11,157 nucleotides of DNA from an uncultured Spirochaetota bacterium. Lineage in GTDB: Bacteria > Spirochaetota > Brevinematia > Brevinematales > JAOACQ01. Numbering within the stretch: position 1 is the first letter of the stretch; each line of letters starts with the position of its first letter. Where the stretch lies: positions 1 to 11,157 of the forward strand of contig CAWIGG010000001.1 of assembly GCA_963835575.1 (NCBI GenBank), in the 5' to 3' direction. The translations under genes were made by a program, and so were the position numbers. Under the pieces are notes generated by a model. The model was not told the DNA's origin, did not search any database, and was given only the letters and a program-made list of their open reading frames with translations. Below, piece by piece: positions 1-7,910 of this stretch.

Positions 1-8
1 ACACATAA

Positions 9-383
9 TCAAAGCAAAATCTTATGAGACTCCCTTCTTCTTTCCAGCTCCCCGCCCAGGGCATAGAACGCCCCCATAATCCCGCCACATTTAACCAGAA
101 TATCAGGAAGCCCTAATGACCTGGCTTTATCAGAGAGTTTATTCACTTCATCTTTATTAATATAATTCAGATCAGCTTCAATAACAATATTCTTCCAATA
201 TTTGAGTTCATCAACAATCCCGAGCATCATTGCTTTAAATGTTAATGATTGAACATCATCATCGCTCATCCATGTCAACAATTCCTGTTTCATTTCAGGA
301 ATCCTGAAACCAATTTCATTGATGTACTGTTCTGCAAGATTTTGATCGGTTAGATAATAATTTATGAATATTTCTCTACTCAT
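9..383 (-). CDS. Hypothetical protein (124 aa)
   Basis: ATG-started ORF co-oriented with the upstream operon, protein-like composition; no recognisable motif and no clear RBS. Confidence 0.6.
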   Translation of the reverse strand: MSREIFINYYLTDQNLAEQYINEIGFRIPEMKQELLTWMSDDDVQSLTFKAMMLGIVDELKYWKNIVIEADLNYINKDEVNKLSDKARSLGLPDILVKCGGIMGAFYALGGELERRRESHKILL

Positions 384-424
384 AGTACTTGATTATAAAA
401 TATTTAATGTTATTTATACAGCAT

Positions 425-799
425 CTAAAATATTTTACTTGGACTAATCCTTAACCTTGAACAAATATTTACCACAGATTTCTTTGAAACATCAGATAAA
501 ACATTCGTAATTTCATCCCTTCTTGGAACAAATTTAGGATCATTTCTACTGCAGTATGATTCAAGCATTCTCCCAATAATTCTTCCATTGATTGATAATG
601 AAAATGTTCCATTATTAATGTCTTCATTCCATAAGTATACTAAAGGTAATTCATCTATTATTTCTGCTTCTTCTTCTGTCTTCAGTTCTTTAAGATAGAC
701 AGGTTTAAATAATATTTCATCATTTAAAATTATTGAAAGGCATTTTAAAACTATTGGATCTTTTTCTTCTTTGCTTTTTTCATTTCCTTTTTTAAACAT
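425..799 (-). CDS. Hypothetical protein (124 aa)
   Basis: ATG at 799 with AGGAGG RBS at 815-810; no recognisable family. Confidence 0.75.
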   Translation of the reverse strand: MFKKGNEKSKEEKDPIVLKCLSIILNDEILFKPVYLKELKTEEEAEIIDELPLVYLWNEDINNGTFSLSINGRIIGRMLESYCSRNDPKFVPRRDEITNVLSDVSKKSVVNICSRLRISPSKIF

Positions 800-874
800 T
801 GCAATTAATCCTCCTAAGTTAGGTTAAATTATTTTATTATCAAAAGTCCAGCACCTTTATTATCTTGCTTCTCT

Positions 875-1450
875 TTATCGCTTGTAAATCGGTGACCCAA
901 ATTGCCTGGTACCGTCAATAATTTCCAAAAATAATTTGTTATAATGGTCTAACCAATCAAAAGATGCTGAACCATTTTTATCAATTATGCTGGGATTTGC
1001 ACCATATTGGATCAGTAATTCCATAATATCATGTCTTCCATTCTTTATAGCAAGATTCAATAAAGTAGTTCCCTCAAAAAAACCAACTTCGTTGATATCA
1101 AAATCTTTCTTTATAGTTTCCATAAAAATATAGGAAATATAATCGAATTCAATATTCCCTCTCACCGCAAAGTATAATACAGTCTCTCTAGATGAATTTC
1201 TAAACGTTAAATCTGCCCCGCAATTCATTAGCAATCCAACCAACGGATTATATCCCATACTGCAGGCATACATCAAAGGCGTCATATCCCATTTATCTGG
1301 AGCGTTTATATCTGCACCCTCTAAGATAAGTTTCTCGGCGGTTTCCATTTGATAATCTACAATAGCCTGCACTAATGGGGTTGAAAATTTATCTTCACTA
1401 GTATTAGCGTAAAAACTCAAATGCTTATATTTTTCCGGCAGATCATTCAT
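875..1450 (-). CDS. Ankyrin-repeat protein (about 4 repeats)
   Basis: Ankyrin motifs TPLVQAI...GADINAPD, TPLMYAC...GADL, TVLYFAV, TLLNLAI...GANPSIID. Start moved to ATG 1450 because GGAGGT lies at 1461-1456. Confidence 0.9.
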   Translation of the reverse strand: MNDLPEKYKHLSFYANTSEDKFSTPLVQAIVDYQMETAEKLILEGADINAPDKWDMTPLMYACSMGYNPLVGLLMNCGADLTFRNSSRETVLYFAVRGNIEFDYISYIFMETIKKDFDINEVGFFEGTTLLNLAIKNGRHDIMELLIQYGANPSIIDKNGSASFDWLDHYNKLFLEIIDGTRQFGSPIYKR

Positions 1451-1493
1451 AATCAACCTCCATAGCCCTTATTAAAATCAATTTTATCTGTTT

Positions 1494-1787
1494 CTAAAAG
1501 TCCGTTTCTTCCGGGATTTCATTGTCCTCCATCTCCAATTCTCTGTTCATATCCTCTTTCTCTTTTGCTTCCGGAGGCAGGAGTATATACTGAGGCAGGG
1601 CTATCTCGTCTATCTCCGGTTTCCTCAATCCTGATTCTGCTAATTGACCCACAAGGTCCCTGAAGTTTTTTGACGCTTTCATTAAGGTTTCCTCCAATAT
1701 CCCAGCTTCAACCAACTTCTTATAATATTTCGGCAGATACTGCTCCCAATGCATTTTTGCCATTTTTGCAAAATGGTCCAGTTCCAT
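1494..1787 (-). CDS. Small helical protein, TnpV-like (tentative)
   Basis: GGAGGT RBS at 1798-1793. The pattern FAKMAKMHWEQYLPKYYKKL...G.LEE.L...EIALPQYILLPPE resembles TnpV-family proteins of mobile elements; acidic tail. The ORF is solid, the family call less so. Confidence 0.55.
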   Translation of the reverse strand: MELDHFAKMAKMHWEQYLPKYYKKLVEAGILEETLMKASKNFRDLVGQLAESGLRKPEIDEIALPQYILLPPEAKEKEDMNRELEMEDNEIPEETDF

Positions 1788-1816
1788 AAACTACCTCCAA
1801 AAGAGCTTATAAATAA

Positions 1817-2041
1817 TTAAATTAAATCATTATTCTTCATGTAATCATAAAGGACAGTCCTGACACCTGACATCATAGAAAGCCCTTTGTTATTGAAATG
1901 CTCCTGCAGTATTTTTTTATAGTTTTCCGGCATAGCGATATTAAAAATCTTTTTCCTCTGCGGTTTATTTCTATTCGGGCTTTCCAGATTTTCGGTGTTT
2001 TTAATAATTCCGGCTTTTAAATCCTCTTTTTTCAACGGCAT
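1817..2041 (-). CDS. Putative ribbon-helix-helix partition adaptor (ParG/omega-like)
   Basis: ATG 2041 lies 1 nt after the parA stop (TAA T ATG). Flexible basic N-terminus, then beta strand KIFNIAMP, helix, G-turn, helix (MSGVRTVLYDYM), typical of type Ib ParA partners. Confidence 0.7.
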   Translation of the reverse strand: MPLKKEDLKAGIIKNTENLESPNRNKPQRKKIFNIAMPENYKKILQEHFNNKGLSMMSGVRTVLYDYMKNNDLI

Positions 2042-2042
2042 A

Positions 2043-2795
2043 TTATATAACTTCCAAAATAGCATTTCCAATCTTTTTTAAAGATAAAATACTTTTAGAT
2101 TCGGGATAGGATTCGAAAATGCTCTTATTCACCATCTGGCTCTCAGCCAGTTTTGAATCCTGCGGAACAAAGAAAAGTTTATAGTCCATTTTCTTAAATT
2201 CTTCCATTACTAAATTGTGCCGCCGGAAGGAATGGTTGACCAGGTTGATCACTACTTTATCATGCTTGATTTCCCTCCGGAAATTTTTTCTGATTTTCTT
2301 CAATTCATCCGCGAAAATGGTTATGCCTTCCAATCCGAAATATTCAGGCGTAAACGGCGTGATGACTTCCTGCAGGGAAAGGATGATGCTTTTTTCAAGC
2401 CGGGACATCCCGGGCGAAAGATCATAAATGACCAGATCAAATCCAAGCTTGCGGAATTCATCAAACAAATCGACGAAGATAAAAGGCTCATCATTCAATT
2501 TCGTTTCCGAATAATTCTTGAGCATGCCGTTTATCCCGAATGATGGGATGAAATAAAGATTTTCATTGTATTGGACAACGGCATCAGACACGGGAATGGA
2601 ACCCGCCAGAATATCCGCCAGTTCATGCTTTAATCCCTCATGTTTAGAAAGGAACCATGAGCTTAAAGAACCCTGCGGGTCTCCATCGATCAGCAAGGTT
2701 TTCTTTCCTTCACTTGCGGTGTAATACCCGACAGACCCGGACAGCGTTGTTTTTCCCACACCGCCTTTTAACACGTGAAAACCAAAAGACTTCAT
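2043..2795 (-). CDS. parA: ParA/Soj family partition ATPase (type Ib, no N-terminal HTH)
   Basis: Deviant Walker A KGGVGKTT, A' LLIDGDPQGS, Walker B region VIYDLSPG; GGGAGGA RBS at 2808-2802 supports ATG 2795. Confidence 0.93.
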   Translation of the reverse strand: MKSFGFHVLKGGVGKTTLSGSVGYYTASEGKKTLLIDGDPQGSLSSWFLSKHEGLKHELADILAGSIPVSDAVVQYNENLYFIPSFGINGMLKNYSETKLNDEPFIFVDLFDEFRKLGFDLVIYDLSPGMSRLEKSIILSLQEVITPFTPEYFGLEGITIFADELKKIRKNFRREIKHDKVVINLVNHSFRRHNLVMEEFKKMDYKLFFVPQDSKLAESQMVNKSIFESYPESKSILSLKKIGNAILEVI

Positions 2796-2812
2796 AAAAA
2801 TTCCTCCCAAAA

Positions 2813-2912
2813 TTGATATTATTATTATATAGTTTTAATACAATCATCCTATCATCTTGATATCAAGTTAATATCAAAACAATACTATTTTGATATTGAA
2901 ATAGTATTGTTT
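2813..2912. repeat. parS/operator-like repeat array upstream of parA
   Basis: TTGATAT heptamer 5 times (2813, 2857, 2890 forward; 2860, 2871 reverse); palindrome CTTGATATCAAG 2856-2867; 10-bp inverted repeat (IR) 2870-2879/2888-2897; 14-bp IR 2877-2890/2899-2912. Confidence 0.6.
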
Positions 2913-2949
2913 GCGGATTAAAGGATGTACCGCTTTATGGCCTTTTAAA

Positions 2950-2995
2950 ATTTTCTCACCGGTATCTTTGGAATACGACTGCCCGGTGAGAAAAT
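2950..2995. repeat. Perfect 13-bp inverted repeat (possible terminator or protein-binding site)
   Basis: ATTTTCTCACCGG (2950-2962) / CCGGTGAGAAAAT (2983-2995), 20-nt spacer, about 40 nt downstream of the 3037 stop. Confidence 0.55.
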
Positions 2996-3036
2996 CACAG
3001 CCGGTAGGCAATCACGTCCATGGCCGCAGAGCTTTA

Positions 3037-3546
3037 TTATAACCTCTCAATGTTATTGATCTCATCACCATTCATTCTTTTCTTTAAGGCCGGGTTATTA
3101 TTAATAAGATTTAAGGCAAAGGTTTTAAAAGCCGCTATAAACTTCTCAAAGTCTTTTTTAAATTCAGAAACGTTACTATCTTTTCTTAAAACGGAATCTA
3201 TATGATCAATTTTCTCCAGAATAAAACGCTTGATTTCCGATTTACCTGTCTGTTCTTTTGAATCAATTTCATTGACTTTACTGTTCAGCAAAGATATTTG
3301 GTTCAATAGTTCCGTCATTTTTTCATCCATATTATTTAAAAGGCTTATATTCTGGACATCAGACTTTTTAAGAAGCCGGGTTATAAGCTCAATGCCCTCA
3401 CTCTCTTTTTCCGTTAAATTGAACAGATAGTTATTCACAATTTTTTGAAGATATGCAGTAGGGGTTAAACCGCTCTTTGAAGAATTCAATATCCCGCTGG
3501 CTTCTTTTGTCAGTCTGATTGTGTAAGAATCTTTCTCGATTTTCAT
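3037..3546 (-). CDS. RHH plus coiled-coil protein, possible relaxosome accessory factor (TrwA/TraY/MobC-like)
   Basis: GGAG precedes ATG 3546. N-terminal SYTIRLT-helix-GLT-PTAYLQKIVNNYL fits an RHH fold; heptad-rich helical C-terminus; adjacent to the relaxase gene. Confidence 0.6.
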   Translation of the reverse strand: MKIEKDSYTIRLTKEASGILNSSKSGLTPTAYLQKIVNNYLFNLTEKESEGIELITRLLKKSDVQNISLLNNMDEKMTELLNQISLLNSKVNEIDSKEQTGKSEIKRFILEKIDHIDSVLRKDSNVSEFKKDFEKFIAAFKTFALNLINNNPALKKRMNGDEINNIERL

Positions 3547-3565
3547 AATTTTCTCCAATTAATAT

Positions 3566-3740
3566 TTGCAAGCAAAGCAAGCAATTTCATCACTTGTTTC
3601 TGATGTTGCTTGCAATCTAATTTGATTTCAAGGAATCAGTAAGCCGTATTTATGCAAGCAAACCGTTATTTTCAATATTTAATACAACTTCAATTCCCGT
3701 ATGACTTAACGTATGCATAGAGTGCGTACATTAAGTCTGT
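3566..3740. other. Candidate oriT / relaxosome-binding region
   Basis: GCAAGCAA at 3568, 3577, 3654 and inverted at 3606-3613; imperfect 15-bp IR 3703-3717/3723-3737; lies between the relaxase and RHH genes. Confidence 0.45.
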
Positions 3741-3793
3741 TAAAAATTAAGCGCTTTACTTCACAGCTTTACTAATCTTTCCTGCCGTTTATA

Positions 3794-6523
3794 TTAAAAA
3801 CCTATGCTCATTCCCCTGTTATGCTTCAAATTTCTATGCAGACTTATTTCCCATTCAATATCATTTACAATCAGACTATGTTCACGGTCAATCGTTTTCT
3901 TATTTGTAAGTTCAACTTTAGGGTTGTTTTCATAATCGAGAGCCGTTTTTCTTTCTTCACAGATTTTTAAATTTTCCCGCATTACTTCCCTGTCGGTAGT
4001 ATAGATTTTTATAAGCTCTTTAAAACGGGTCAAAGGCACATATTCCCGGTCCGTGATTTTTTTCACATCAGTAAAATCCAAAAGTGTTTTTGAAAAATTG
4101 GCTCCCTGCGATTTCATATTGGTGATCGCATAAGAGTGGTCAAACTGAAAATACTTATCAAAGCTGATTTCCACAGAATTCCCATTATCTTTTCTAACGG
4201 TCATATTTGTATTATTAATGCCGGTTATTTTTCCGGTTTCCCCATTGGAAACATCCATCAATTTATCATTTTTCAAAAATATGATCTTATCATTAATACC
4301 GAATTCTTTATGTTCTGCCCTGCTGACCGAAAATTTATTATAATCCTGCTCCAGCTTGATTCCGTCTGTCAGGCCTGTCGAATTATTCATTACCAGTATT
4401 GTATTGTTTTTAACATCTAAACTTTTTATAATCCCAATGTTCCCTGTTTTTAAATTCTCCAAGTCTTTATTTGCTGTTATAAAATAACCCTTTTCATAAT
4501 TTGAAACATTGGTTTTTTGATCAGCAGTAAGACTGAGCGGATTGTGAACAAATATCTTATAATTACCGCTGATCATTCCGGCTTCTTTTAAAGCCAACCG
4601 GATTGTTTTGTTGAATTCATTTTTCTCCCGGTTTGACGGCGTCAATATAATGCTTTTCTGAGGATCAATTAGAAAATCTTTTATTATCTGTTGTTTTAAA
4701 CTGTCGACATCGCTATTTTCAATAATAGAACCGGACATGAAGAGTTTGTGAACAGCAATGTCTATTCTTTTTTCACTCAAGTCTTTTACTATTTCCTTGT
4801 GCTCTTCAGTTTTCTGCCGGACAATATCGGTGACTTTTATAACATTCAAATTCCTTTCAAAGTTTTCAAAATCCTTCCCGGCGGCAATACTGCGGAATTG
4901 TTTTGTATCCCCCGGCATAATCAGTTTATTCTCGGTGCCGGTGATCTCTTTTAAAATCATATTCATTTTTTTAGTGCCTATCATAGTCGCTTCATCTACA
5001 ATAAAAAGCTTTTTAGCCGGTTCCTTGGCATGCTTTTTCTGTAAAAAAGAATCTATTGTTTCGGCGGATATTTCCAGACTATCCCCCAATTCATTTTTTG
5101 CTTTGCCTGTAGGGGCCAGGGCGGTCACTTCATAACCTTTCGATTGAAAAGCTTCTTTGACGGCGTTCATAAGATAGGTTTTCCCTACCCCGGCATGTCC
5201 GGAAATCAAATCAAGCCGGTCAGAAGAAATAAGAATCCTTTCAAAAGCTTTCCGCTGTGATTTTGTAAAGGTGAAATTTTCTGCAAGCCCTTTGATCTCC
5301 TCCCTGGAGAATTCCGATTTAAAATCTTTTTTAAAGCTTTTTACTGTCCTTAAGTTTTCCAATTCAAGGTTTTTTATCTCTCTGGTCGTATATACTGTCT
5401 GATAACTATTCCTGACTTTTTCATAATCTTTAAGATGTTCAATTTCCCCATTCTTTTGAAACGCTTTTATCAGGCTATTAAAATCCGCATTGCCTTTAGA
5501 TATATTCAACGCTTTTTCCAAGATATCCTTTTTAGCAAACACAGCCTTTTCTTCCGTTATAATTTGAAGAGATTGTTTTATATAATATTCCGGTGGGAAT
5601 ATTTTGATGGAATTTTCCGGAAGATTTTCAAAAGACTTCGGCAATCCTCCGACACTTTTCCCCAACTCTTTCATTTCATTCTGCCAGACCTTTTTCACAG
5701 CTTCCAGATCAACCGATTGCTTTTCCTTCCGGGTGGAAAGAATCAATGCTTTTTCAAGGGATTTTGTATTTTCACCCAGCTCTTTTTCTTCTGCTATCTC
5801 CGTCAGTTTCTCCTTCATTACTTTGGTTCTTTTCGAGAAGTTTCCCCTGACTTCCTGGTCAAACCCATTTAATTTTGTATATCCATCATTATCAATGGAC
5901 GCATCGAATTTCTGTTCTCGCAAGCCCCGGCAAAGCTGGTTTTCATATATCATCATGATCAACTTCCTGTTGTCGTAAATAGCACTGTTATTAATCGCTT
6001 TAAACTTGTTGTCAGAGGTTTTTGTAATATTAAATATAACAGCATGAGTATGCGGCTGAGGATCGAGGTCACGGCTGGTGTGATGGTCGAATAAAACATA
6101 GAGCATTTTCTCGGTGTTAATATGCTCATAACCGTTTTTTCCATGATTGTAAGTCGATTGGACCAGATTATCTTCAATGTATTTCAGGGTGATTGAGACA
6201 GCATGTTTATGAGCCGTCATAATTTTTTCCGCGTCGCCGGGATTTTTAGAGAGGTAATATGTTACACCGATACTTTTATCAGGCGAGAAAGTCAGATCCC
6301 TGCCGGGATCGTGTTCGCCGTTACCGGCCAGAGTGATTATCCTTTTTCCATAAGCATTCTTACCATTGATCAAGCCCTGATAAGTCTTATCATCGAGGAC
6401 AGACAATTTCAAATCATCAGCCAGTTTGCCATGGAATTCAATTTTATCATTTTTGTCTTTCAGATAGTAATTGTCCTTTTCATATTTTTCCATAGAATTA
6501 TACATTTTTGAAATTGTAACCAT
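3794..6523 (-). CDS. MOBF-family relaxase-helicase (TrwC/TraI-like), 909 aa
   Basis: N-terminal Y...DNYY, DLTFSPDKS, HHTSRDLDPQPHTH (HUH motif); RecD-like SF1 helicase motifs GHAGVGKT, IVDEA, GDTKQ, RQ, HSYAIT..SQG, YVPLTR; AGGAG RBS at 6533-6529. Confidence 0.93.
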   Translation of the reverse strand: MVTISKMYNSMEKYEKDNYYLKDKNDKIEFHGKLADDLKLSVLDDKTYQGLINGKNAYGKRIITLAGNGEHDPGRDLTFSPDKSIGVTYYLSKNPGDAEKIMTAHKHAVSITLKYIEDNLVQSTYNHGKNGYEHINTEKMLYVLFDHHTSRDLDPQPHTHAVIFNITKTSDNKFKAINNSAIYDNRKLIMMIYENQLCRGLREQKFDASIDNDGYTKLNGFDQEVRGNFSKRTKVMKEKLTEIAEEKELGENTKSLEKALILSTRKEKQSVDLEAVKKVWQNEMKELGKSVGGLPKSFENLPENSIKIFPPEYYIKQSLQIITEEKAVFAKKDILEKALNISKGNADFNSLIKAFQKNGEIEHLKDYEKVRNSYQTVYTTREIKNLELENLRTVKSFKKDFKSEFSREEIKGLAENFTFTKSQRKAFERILISSDRLDLISGHAGVGKTYLMNAVKEAFQSKGYEVTALAPTGKAKNELGDSLEISAETIDSFLQKKHAKEPAKKLFIVDEATMIGTKKMNMILKEITGTENKLIMPGDTKQFRSIAAGKDFENFERNLNVIKVTDIVRQKTEEHKEIVKDLSEKRIDIAVHKLFMSGSIIENSDVDSLKQQIIKDFLIDPQKSIILTPSNREKNEFNKTIRLALKEAGMISGNYKIFVHNPLSLTADQKTNVSNYEKGYFITANKDLENLKTGNIGIIKSLDVKNNTILVMNNSTGLTDGIKLEQDYNKFSVSRAEHKEFGINDKIIFLKNDKLMDVSNGETGKITGINNTNMTVRKDNGNSVEISFDKYFQFDHSYAITNMKSQGANFSKTLLDFTDVKKITDREYVPLTRFKELIKIYTTDREVMRENLKICEERKTALDYENNPKVELTNKKTIDREHSLIVNDIEWEISLHRNLKHNRGMSIGF

Positions 6524-6558
6524 GCCGACTCCTTTGCTTTATCAGCTCAATGCTTATA

Positions 6559-7230
6559 TTAAATTTCTTTATACAATTCTTTCCATTGATCTTCTGGAAT
6601 AGCGCTATATTCAGTTGATTTTTCCCTTTCCTTATGCTCCAGTTCCAAACGCTTTTTTTCTTTTTCTCTCTCATACCTCTCAATAATTTCCTTGACTTGA
6701 AGCGGTTCATTTTTGATTATATGATTGACTATGGCATCAACATTCTTAATGTTATCCATTGCCTCGACATATTTTTTCACAATTTTGCGGATTTCTGAAG
6801 GAGAGAGATTTTTAGTATCTGGTTTATCATCAGGTTTAATATCTGGTAGTGATTTCGGAAAATTTGAAACTCGATTTCTGAATTTCCCGGAATCCATTTC
6901 GGAAATTTCCGAAATGCATAACCATTTGTCTTCATCCGCAAAAGCATACCATTTTGTCCGGTCAAATTTTATTTCGTTATAATTCCCGCTTAGCAGGATG
7001 CCTTTTTCTTCCAGTTTCTTCAGGGTATATTCAATTTGATTTCGAGTCAGATACGGATAGAGTCTTTCATAAGCTTTCACTGAGTTGTAAGTCCAATAAT
7101 GTCCATTAAAAAAATTCTGTCCGTTTGCCTTATTTTTTACAATCCAAAACTGGAAATTTTTTATCATTATCGCTTCAATGATTCCATATTCTGCCGCCAC
7201 ATTTATATCAAAGGAATGCTGCAAACTCAT
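6559..7230 (-). CDS. Phage-type replication initiator (winged-helix N-terminus, replisome organiser-like)
   Basis: N-terminus HSFDINVAAEYGIIEAI...FWI.KN.AN...NGHYWTYNS...YPYL...I...LKKLEEKGIL..GNYN...DRTKWY is characteristic of phage wHTH initiators; PDIKPDDKPD linker; internal iterons. Confidence 0.8.
   Translation of the reverse strand: MSLQHSFDINVAAEYGIIEAIMIKNFQFWIVKNKANGQNFFNGHYWTYNSVKAYERLYPYLTRNQIEYTLKKLEEKGILLSGNYNEIKFDRTKWYAFADEDKWLCISEISEMDSGKFRNRVSNFPKSLPDIKPDDKPDTKNLSPSEIRKIVKKYVEAMDNIKNVDAIVNHIIKNEPLQVKEIIERYEREKEKKRLELEHKEREKSTEYSAIPEDQWKELYKEI
6851..6916. repeat. Three tandem 22-bp iterons inside rep (putative replication origin)
   Basis: GATTTCGGAAAATTTGAAACTC / GATTTCTGAATTTCCCGGAATC / CATTTCGGAAATTTCCGAAATG; the third is a perfect 22-bp palindrome. 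Confidence 0.7.
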
Positions 7231-7252
7231 TACTTTCCCCAGGATTACAAAA

Positions 7253-7583
7253 CTATTGATTAAATAAATTACTCCGTATGAAAGGCATTAATTCCAACAC
7301 TACCCGCTCTTTCTCCTCTGATGAGAGGTTTAGAAAATATTCAATTGTCGCTTTTTCTTCAATACCCAGGTATTTTTCAATTTTGAATCGAGGAACCGGA
7401 AAATAAGTTGCCCTGCTGCCGGTTTTGAGAATCTTTCCCCGAGTTCCTGCCAATGATCATAGAAATAGTCAACTGAAAAAGAAGGAAACATCTCGGCGGC
7501 TTCAGCAGGACGAGCATATCATTATTTTTATGGTAATTCTCAATCCTTTTTTGTTTGAATTCTCTCCTTTCTTTCGCGGTCAT
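7253..7583 (-). pseudogene. Xis/HTH_17-like DNA-binding protein split by two single-base deletions (or sequencing errors)
   Basis: AGGGG RBS and ATG 7583. Adding one base near 7512 and one in the C-run 7437-7440 gives a 110-aa ORF containing DMLRPAEAAEMFPSFSVDYFYDHWQELGGKILKTGSRATYFPVPRFKIEKYL. Confidence 0.65.
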
Positions 7584-7594
7584 AATTATCCCCT

Positions 7595-7632
7595 AATAAA
7601 AATGCCCGATAGCGTTGTCGCGCTTATCGGGC
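7595..7632 (-). terminator. Intrinsic terminator-like hairpin in the leader of the xis-rep operon
   Basis: GCCCGAUAAGCG-CGACAA-CGCUAUCGGGC followed by AUUUUUAUU, ending directly before the RBS. Confidence 0.7.
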
Positions 7633-7740
7633 TGTTTCGGTGTAGATAAATCAAAAAGATACCATAATAATAACATAAAATATTCTAAAATTACCTACAC
7701 CAAATTTTTTCTGATAAGGTCGACAACCCTTATTTTATCA
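7595..7740 (-). ncRNA. Putative cis-regulatory structured leader RNA with loop-loop pseudoknot
   Basis: Three stems; the loop of stem 1 (GUUGUCG) is complementary to the terminator loop region (CGACAAC); the middle stem has two G-U pairs that form only on the minus strand. Confidence 0.55.
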
Positions 7741-7910
7741 ATAGTTTATTAGTAAATATTTGATATAAAAAAATCAATATTATATACTTTTAATTCGTCA
7801 ATAATCTTTTGGTAAAATTAGAATAAAGTAATAGAAGTATTTAGCTAACAAATACTTCAATAAGAAAATAAATATTACAATATGATAATAAAGGCCATTC
7901 ATAATGACCA

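Noticed and set aside
384..1493. Integron cassettes (attC sites) between the small left-hand genes
   Set aside because: The spacers lack RYYYAAC...GTTRRRY boxes and extended palindromes
2215..5978. Plus-strand ORFs inside parA, the RHH gene and the relaxase (e.g. 2217-2543, 4758-5135, 5435-5872)
   Set aside because: Antisense shadows of well-supported genes, with no motifs
6851..6916. CRISPR array
   Set aside because: The repeats are contiguous, degenerate, spacer-less and inside a coding region; no cas genes are present
5959..6965. Alternative-frame minus-strand ORFs 5959-6177, 6498-6710 and 6777-6965
   Set aside because: They overlap intact relaxase and rep frames and have no independent support
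7779..7801. Second leftward promoter TTGACG...TATAAT
   Set aside because: The spacer is only 11 nt
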